From Octopus sinensis (taxonomy: Eukaryota): a stretch of DNA of 64,000 nucleotides. The stretch covers positions 992,001-1,056,000 of the forward strand of contig NC_043010.1 of NCBI RefSeq assembly GCF_006345805.1, read 5' to 3'. Position numbers and translations under genes: made by a program. Numbering within the stretch: the stretch's first letter is position 1; each line of letters begins with the position of its first letter. Below are positions 63,161 to 64,000 of the stretch, in pieces. Under the pieces are notes generated by a model. That model did not search any database. It had not been told where the DNA came from and saw nothing but the letters and a program-made list of their open reading frames with translations.

Positions 63161-64000
63161 TCTGTAAGGAATCGGCAGGAGAAAATATTGTGATTTTTAT
63201 CACTTGTATGCCACGGGGACTGAGTACCTGGCCCCATAAGTCTTGAGACTCCAAGTAGTAATGTCCCGGACGAAGAGAGTATAGACTGAAGACAGACAGG
63301 AAGGAAGATATTTTTAGACCAGAGACTTCGACTGTAATGGTTCTGCTGCTTAATTTTTTTTTTTTATTGTTAGTTTTACACATTTTATTGACTCTAAAAT
63401 GATGGAAGGTGAAGCTGACCTCAGCTGAATTTGAACTCAAAGTTCACAGAATCAACATTCTGATGACCCTGCCAATTCACCACTCATATCTTATCCGACC
63501 CATCCTGATGTCAAATTTTTGTCTACCAAATTTACCTCTCAAGGTTTTGAATGATTTAGGCATATGGTAAAAGACTTGCTCACGGTGTCAAACTGTAGGA
63601 CTGAACACAAAAACCACGTCTCTCAGAAACAAACTTCTTAAGTACACAGCAGTCACACTCACATCCACTAATGTTATGTTCCCCATTCTGTGATGTATTT
63701 CAGATTAGATTTTTAATACCCACTATATTAAATACATTAACACTAACTTAACTATTGTTTTCTCATGCAGATAGCATTACTGAGTAATGAACTTCAGTGA
63801 TCTATCGTGTAAATGAGTTGCACAATTTCATATTTGATTTCAATTGGAAAACAGGAGTTGAGACTTAAACATAGGGAAAAACTAACATTAAGAAGGGGAA
63901 AAATTTTGTACCAAAATTTAACAGAAAATTCAGGAGGTAACAAGTAATTCTGGTGCATATGTCGTCGTCATCATCGTCATCATCATCGTCATTTAACTTG

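Noticed and set aside
482-63440. The majority of ORFs in the six-frame track (poly-IY, HT, CV, M, L, S, H peptides)
   Set aside because: They are translations of di-, tri- and tetranucleotide microsatellites or SINE bodies, with no protein-like complexity

Overview
AT-rich, microsatellite-saturated animal genomic DNA. The SINE families and simple-repeat load resemble an octopus (coleoid cephalopod) genome; this is an inference from recalled repeat families, not a database result. Almost every entry in the six-frame ORF track is an artefact of (TA)n, (CA)n, (CAT)n, (GAA)n or (TAC)n repeats. The supportable content is: (1) dozens of tRNA-derived SINE copies in at least three groups, some in tandem arrays, nested, or with clear target-site duplications (TSDs); (2) decayed coding relics of a Penelope-like element (PLE; linker plus GIY-YIG), a CR1/L2-type LINE RT, two RTE-type LINE 3' ends and a DD37D-type Tc1/mariner transposase; (3) MITEs of mariner (TA), piggyBac (TTAA) and hAT (8-bp TSD) types; (4) many long inverted repeats; (5) several short plus-strand candidate exons of an unidentified gene (5.9-10.7 kb, possibly more downstream). 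The most striking feature is at 56410-56766: a tRNA-box-containing element whose tail carries a minimal type-I hammerhead ribozyme (HHR) motif, duplicated as a 133-bp inverted repeat. A second, unrelated hammerhead-like relic lies at 13858-13912. No complete gene, rRNA, bona fide tRNA or CRISPR array is supported.
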